A stretch of DNA of 64,000 bases, from NCBI GenBank assembly GCA_963693365.1, contig CAVNZM010000016.1, forward strand, positions 2,631,957 to 2,695,956, in the 5' to 3' direction. Every line of letters starts with the position of its first letter. Position 1 is the first letter of the stretch. Made by a program: the position numbers and the translations under genes. The notes beneath the pieces are model-generated. The model was not told the DNA's origin and did no database searches. It saw nothing but the letters and a program-made list of their open reading frames with translations. Positions 58,356 through 64,000 of this stretch are shown here, in pieces. The stretch is from Amoebidium appalachense. Its lineage: Eukaryota > Protista > Ichthyosporea.

Positions 58356-58424
58356 TGTAATTTCGTTATGATATGTTGTATGTTTTTTTTCGGTAATTTT
58401 CACGGTCTGCTTTTGGGTTAAAGC

Positions 58425-58692
58425 TTAACCGCTGGCTCATGATCAACCTGAGATATTCACCGTGCTCATGCTGTGTTTCATCTTCTTTGTCGTGTTTGTC
58501 GCACAACAGTAATGTTATGTTTTGTTTTTTTTTGAATTTTCACGGTCTCGTTTCAAAGCCCTATTGCTGGATCACGATCAAGATGTTCACCTTGCTCGTG
58601 CTGTTTTTCAACTTCTTTGTCGTATTTGTCGGCTTATGACATTGGGATTTTCTTTTTTTTCACGTTCTTCACAGTCTGTTTTTGGGTTTTAA
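58425..58692 (+). repeat. Two degenerate tandem copies of the STX5 TM-coding end and proximal 3' UTR
   Basis: aaccgctggctcatgatcaa..gatattcaccgtgct...ttctttgtcgtgtttgt at 58281 (real), 58427 and about 58566. Confidence 0.88.
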
Positions 58693-59174
58693 CAAAATGT
58701 TTTTCTGTCCGATTTGTTACGTTGGGGCAATCTAGCGGCCAGTCATTTTGGTGTAGAGACACATCGACATACATATATCCCTGGTTTGATCTTTCACTGC
58801 TGGTGGGTGGGTGGGTGGGTGGGTGGGTGGGTGGGTTGGGTTGGGGGGGGGGGGGGGGGGGGGGGGGGGCTTCTCATATAAAAGTTTTTGGTTTTCTGCA
58901 CGGGAACACACCCTCACATGCTCGTTTTTACAAACGTGCACTGTAGCGAGTCATTCACTCTCACATGTACATAGAGCAGTGTGTCTGCAGGTCAGATATA
59001 ACCACCTACCATACTGCATATCATATAGATAGCCAACGTAATTTATATCAGGTAGCCATTATAACATAATATATTGAGTTGCCACTGGGCACGTGTTACT
59101 ACAGATATGCGGATTTAAACGTTGTGCCACAGAGCAAATATGATGAAAAAAGCGAGAAAAAAGAAATGACCCCC

Positions 59175-59205
<31 letters not shown>

Positions 59206-59662
59206 AAAAAAAAAAAACATTCGCACGCATGCAGCGCGCATGCACGCGCGCGCACACACACACAATGTGCATGTGGATGGATGGTGATAGCGATACCGGT
59301 GCTTACGGCTCCCCATGCCTTCTCCTACACTCCAGCCACGCACACATATCCGAGCAACTTTGTTTATTTATTAAAAAAATCTCTTTTTTAAGTAGCCCTA
59401 TACTATATAAACATAAAGGCTGATTCGTTCTGTGGGCAAGGCACATGTTTCCCTTCGAATGTCTGGTGTTTTACACATTTGCATTGGAGCCCTTTTTAAA
59501 AATTTTAAAGCCTTTTTATTACTGTTGTCTTCAGATCTAGAATGAATGTCTGTACTTTTCCCCCACCTTCCAACCGATATCCCCTTAATTCCCCACGGCC
59601 CCAAATATATACCGTATGATGCATACATATTGGCAATACTATGATTGTGTATGTGTGTGTGT

Positions 59663-59705
<43 letters not shown>

Positions 59706-60221
59706 TGTGTGTGAAAGCAAGAGAAAAGAAAAGAACAAACAAGCCTCGAATCGGGCCCTCTTTTTATAACCCTCAATCGCGATATCCTCCTTTCCAATCT
59801 CTGCATGCACTGCCACTCACATCACGCACAAACCGATCGCGCCACCCCACACATATACATATGTACCCACACACCCTATACATAATTCTGATATGATGTA
59901 CACCGTCGCACGTCTATATGCACGCCCTACAAATCCATTTAACCATAGTAACATTGATATGGATATCATACGTACATCAGGTAAAGCCCTCTTGGTAAAC
60001 ATACCATAATATGTGAATTCACTTCTAAGACGGTCACCATAAACCCACATAACATTATAGAATTGGATTAAAACTTTGAACATATATCACCCATTATGCT
60101 GACTATATCATACCAATCCCAACACCACGTGTCACATGTGCACACGGTAGTACCATCTACTCATGATTCGTATGTATTCATTTCCCCCGGAAAGAGAGGA
60201 TTGATAATACCCTACTAAGAG

Positions 60222-60260
<39 letters not shown>

Positions 60261-60581
60261 ACACACACACACAACCCCACCACCACCACCACCATACCAC
60301 CATCCCCACCCCTCAAATCTCCCCCAACACACAGACACCCCACATATGGCCACACCACCACCCACCCACTCACTCACCCATTCCTCTTGAGAAAGAAAGA
60401 CACACCGACAACGTGATGTTTATGCAAATCTCGTATAAAAACCCCGTAATTTAGGCTAAACACTTAACAGGTGACCCCATTCCACATTGAAAGCTGCTAT
60501 GCCCACCAAAATCTCGAAACCAACAAACACTTAAACATAAAAAAAGGATCCCCCCGGGGCTGAAAATTTCACCCTATGCCC

Positions 60582-61730
60582 TCAATACTTCTTGTCTGGG
60601 TGGGCTTCGGCAAAATGCACCTCCAACCCCATCCGCCTTGCGAAAGTACGCCTTCCCCCACACCCCGGGTCAGGGCACACATACGGGCCGGGCCGACCCG
60701 AATCGACCACATGCACCTTAATGTGGATGTTAAGATTAGCCTCCGTATAAAACCCCGCCTTGCACCGTGGGTGTGGGCAAAAATACTCCTTTAATTCCCC
60801 CTCATGAAATTCCCTCCTGTGATTGGCCCATTCGCGGACAGTGGGAAATCCCGTATTGCAACCTTCACTCGTGCACTTAAACCGATTTTCCAACCTCTCC
60901 TGGTGTCTGTTTGTATGAGTTTTCAGAGCGCAATAAGCAGAGAAGACTGCATAACACCCCGGGAAAGGACACGGGAACTCTCTCGGGTTTTCCGTCCAAA
61001 CATTCGGAATTTTGCTGTCGAGGTTCGTAATATCGTCGTCCGGGTTGAAGGTGACGGGGTCCAAACCACGCCTACACGACCGCTTCGGAAGGATGCGGGT
61101 GGGTTGACTTTCGGTTTCTTTGGGACGTTTTCTCCCGGAATTTTGTGTGGAATTCTGTGCATTGGTGGTGGTTTTCGGCTCTTCTAGGGAGTGGGGGATA
61201 TCAGGATTACCGGGGTTTTCGGTTTTTACTTCAGGTCCCATCTGATTGCGCGGTTGGTCCAGATCCTCGGGTTGGTCGCCGGTCAAATCGATGGTAGCCT
61301 CCAATTTCCCCGGATTTTCAACTCGTTTTTTTGGTTGGCCCTGTGCGGCTGCTCTCTTGGGGTTGGTAGTGGCGGGTGGTAGTACATCCTTGCCTTTCAG
61401 TGGTGTGTTTTCTTGCAGCGAATTAATATTGGGAATACGGGGGAATTTCCTTGCAGGATTTTCCCGTGTAGATGGGTTTTCCGGGAAAAAAGAACCCGTT
61501 TTACGGGTATGAAGGCCTTCAGTGGTGGGAATCGCGCCAGTCGCTGAAATTGTTGTTGCACCGGGTGGGTTGGGAATTTGTGGGTGGTGGTGGGGATTCA
61601 CAGCAACATTTCCGGCCGGGAGTGGGGGTCCCGAAAACAGGCGCAGGCCCGGAGGAATCACGGGTTTTCCTGTGACAGACAGTCTGTTACTTTCTTAATT
61701 AATTCAGTTTCTTTATTTTTATTTTATTTC

Positions 61731-61761
<31 letters not shown>

Positions 61762-61944
61762 GGGGGGGGGGGGGGGGGTAGAATGTGCCATATGGTCCGA
61801 AGTACAAACCAGTCGTAGGGTCCCTGTGAGAACGACGGTGCAGAATGAACAAAGCTTCGTAATTACCGAAGGCAAAAACACACAAAAAGCTATTGCATAA
61901 TGCTCATCTTGCGCAGGAAAAAAAGGGCGGGTGGCCCCGCAGCA

Positions 61945-61978
<34 letters not shown>

Positions 61979-62241
61979 GAGGGGGGTAAAATCATAGAAC
62001 TTCTAAGTTTCTGTTATAAATAATAATAATACGCACCAGGCAAGCGGTGTCCAGGAGTGGGAGGATTGACCGGATGAGTAACTTGAACGGGAGGAAAACC
62101 CACTCGTGGGTGGGGAGGTTGGGGGGCTGGGCCGGTAACTTGAACGGGCACCGGTGGCGTGGGTTTTGTGGGTGGCACGGTAACTTTGGAGGATGACTTG
62201 GTGGTGTTTGCCGGCTGTGATTTGCATGTTGCCGCCGCAGT
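60582..62241 (-). CDS. C2H2 zinc-finger protein (4 C-terminal fingers), 3' exons; the gene continues upstream
   Basis: Exons 62241-62037 and 61669-60582 are phase-consistent. Fingers: CPFPGC..H...H, CTSEGC..H....H, CPHPRC..H...H and CPDPGC..H....H. Confidence 0.85.
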
Positions 62242-62616
62242 CTGTTGGATTAAAAACAGGAGCAGGGTTAGAAAAATTATGTTGGCTCATCTACTCAAAA
62301 AAAACAAAAAAAAACATCTGATACGTTATATCTCCACATATAATTTGTGTGATGTAAGTGCAACGTTGCTTTTACATGTATATCTAGTTGGGTGGAATTA
62401 CTGTTGGCCTTGGTGTAGACAATTCATCAAAGCTCACCTACAAGTCCTTTATAAACAGCACATTCCCCCACATCTAGTACTTACTACGCATGCAGGTCCG
62501 CGCACACACGCATTTTGACACCGACTATACATAGAGGTGAAATTTCTTATCATGGCTCGTTTTGTTGATGCAGACATCATGTGTAATAATGTAAACAGGG
62601 AAATTTTTCCGGGGGA

Positions 62617-62666
<50 letters not shown>

Positions 62667-62885
62667 TCGGAAGCGAATGGGTGGGTATATGGATGGGTGA
62701 GAAAGACGGGGAGAAGGGGTTAGGGAGGAAAAAAAACGTACGGTGAGAAGGGAGAGAGGAAGGACAGAGAAAGGGGGGAGATAATAGGATAATAGGATGG
62801 TTAGGCAGCGGACAAAGCCGGGGATGGAATTTTATTTTCTGGGGGAGGGAGGGAGGGGGGGGGGGGGAGGTTTGTGTGTGTGTGC

Positions 62886-62964
<79 letters not shown>

Positions 62965-62994
62965 TGTAGGTGTTTTGGGGGGGATGGTGTGTAC

Positions 62995-63192
62995 CTGCTG
63001 AAGAGACACAAACATGAAACGAGGAAATCCCCTGCTGTACTTGAACAGTTTCGTTTCCTTTTCTGGGATGTTGCCAACGTGACGGAGGAGAGTGACGCCA
63101 TATTTGGAAAGGGAAGAGTGGAGGGACCACACAGATTCGAGGCTCCAATCGTATTTCTCGGTGGCACGGATGTGGAGAAGTGCTAGAAGAAT
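62995..63192 (-). CDS. Internal exon, probably of the same zinc-finger gene; a further exon lies near 63830-63900
   Basis: CACACACAG|ATT...CAG|GTACAC bounds 66 open codons (ILLALLHIRATEKYDWSLESVWSLH...FVSLQQ) within microsatellite DNA. The link to the downstream exons is inferred. Confidence 0.6.
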
Positions 63193-63615
63193 CTGTGTGT
63201 GTGTGTGTTGGGGGGGGGGGGGGGGGGAGGGGGAGAAGGAGGGGGGAGGAGGAAGGGGTTGGGGGGAGGAGGAGGGCGGGGGGCGGGGGCAGGGAAGGTG
63301 GGGGGAGGGGGAAGGAGGGAGAAAAGGAGGAGGAGGTGGGGGGGGGGGGGGTTGGCGTGGAAAGAGATTGTGTGCATATGGGTGGATTTGGAAGGAGGGT
63401 GGTGGTGGTGGGTGGGTGGGGGGGGGGGGGGGGGGGGGGGAAGTAGGGGTGGGGGGGAGGGGGGGAGGGAGAAGAAAGTTTGTGGGTGTATGGGCTGGGT
63501 GTTTGGTTTTGGGGGAGGTGCTCAGCTCGGTGGAAAGGGTTAGAAGGCATTTAGGGACAGATGGGAAACATGAAGTGAAAGGCAGAAGTGGTGAAAAGGC
63601 GGCGGCGGGGTGGGT

Positions 63616-63655
<40 letters not shown>

Positions 63656-64000
63656 CTGGGAGTAGAAGAGCCTAAGAGGGGAAGTAATTTCTTCAAAAAA
63701 GAAAAGAGGGGAGGGGATCGAAAGTGAGGCAGCAGGCAGGAAAGGGAGGGGGAGGGAAGGGAGGGAGGGGGAGGGGGGGGGAGGGGCGGAGGGGGGTACG
63801 GAGAGGGGGTGGCCAGGGTGGGAAATTCCTAATAGACAGCCGAAGATGTTATGTAGAAGTGAGGGAACATCAGCATGCTTGTAACCAACCACTTTGACTC
63901 TACATAAAAGGGGGGAAAGAGGAAGGAGGGGGGGAGGGGGGGGGAGGGGGGGAGGGGGGGGAGGGGAAGGAGGGGATGAGTGGAGAAAGAGGGAGAGAGA

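Noticed and set aside
59398-60083. Minus-strand ORFs between STX5 and the zinc-finger gene
   Set aside because: No motifs or supported splice chain. They probably lie in 3' UTR or intergenic DNA.
62003-62290. ORF MSQHNFSNP... as the first exon of the zinc-finger gene
   Set aside because: Its phase does not match the next exon. The other frame, starting at the acceptor at 62241, does match.

Overview
Eukaryotic nuclear DNA, most likely from an opisthokont (inferred from syntaxin-5 motifs shared with animals and fungi). Introns are long and packed with poly-C/poly-G tracts and (CA)n/(GT)n/(CT)n microsatellites, so most ORF-track entries are spurious. Bases 1-13500 are an accessory, repeat-rich block: two convergent low-complexity ORFs flanking a 1.5-kb TTAGGG-containing minisatellite, a 392-bp near-perfect GC-rich palindrome, and two decayed non-LTR retrotransposons, one split by a 1.25-kb insertion. 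From 14.6 kb on I reconstructed spliced host genes by hand: an unknown 7-exon coiled-coil protein, a mitochondrial-type rRNA methyltransferase (MRM2/FtsJ family), a single-C2H2 transcription factor, N6AMT1/HemK2, syntaxin-5 and a 4-finger C2H2 protein. The most unusual signals concern splicing. (1) Tandem arrays made from copies of real exon-intron junctions occur in three genes, and several decoy acceptors lead straight into an in-frame stop. (2) A roughly 110-150 bp cassette family bounded by poly-C lies in introns, always in the sense orientation of the host gene. (3) Several 3' splice sites have (CA)n or A-rich tracts instead of a polypyrimidine tract. Single-base homopolymer indels inside conserved exons suggest assembly errors, so homopolymer lengths should be treated with caution.
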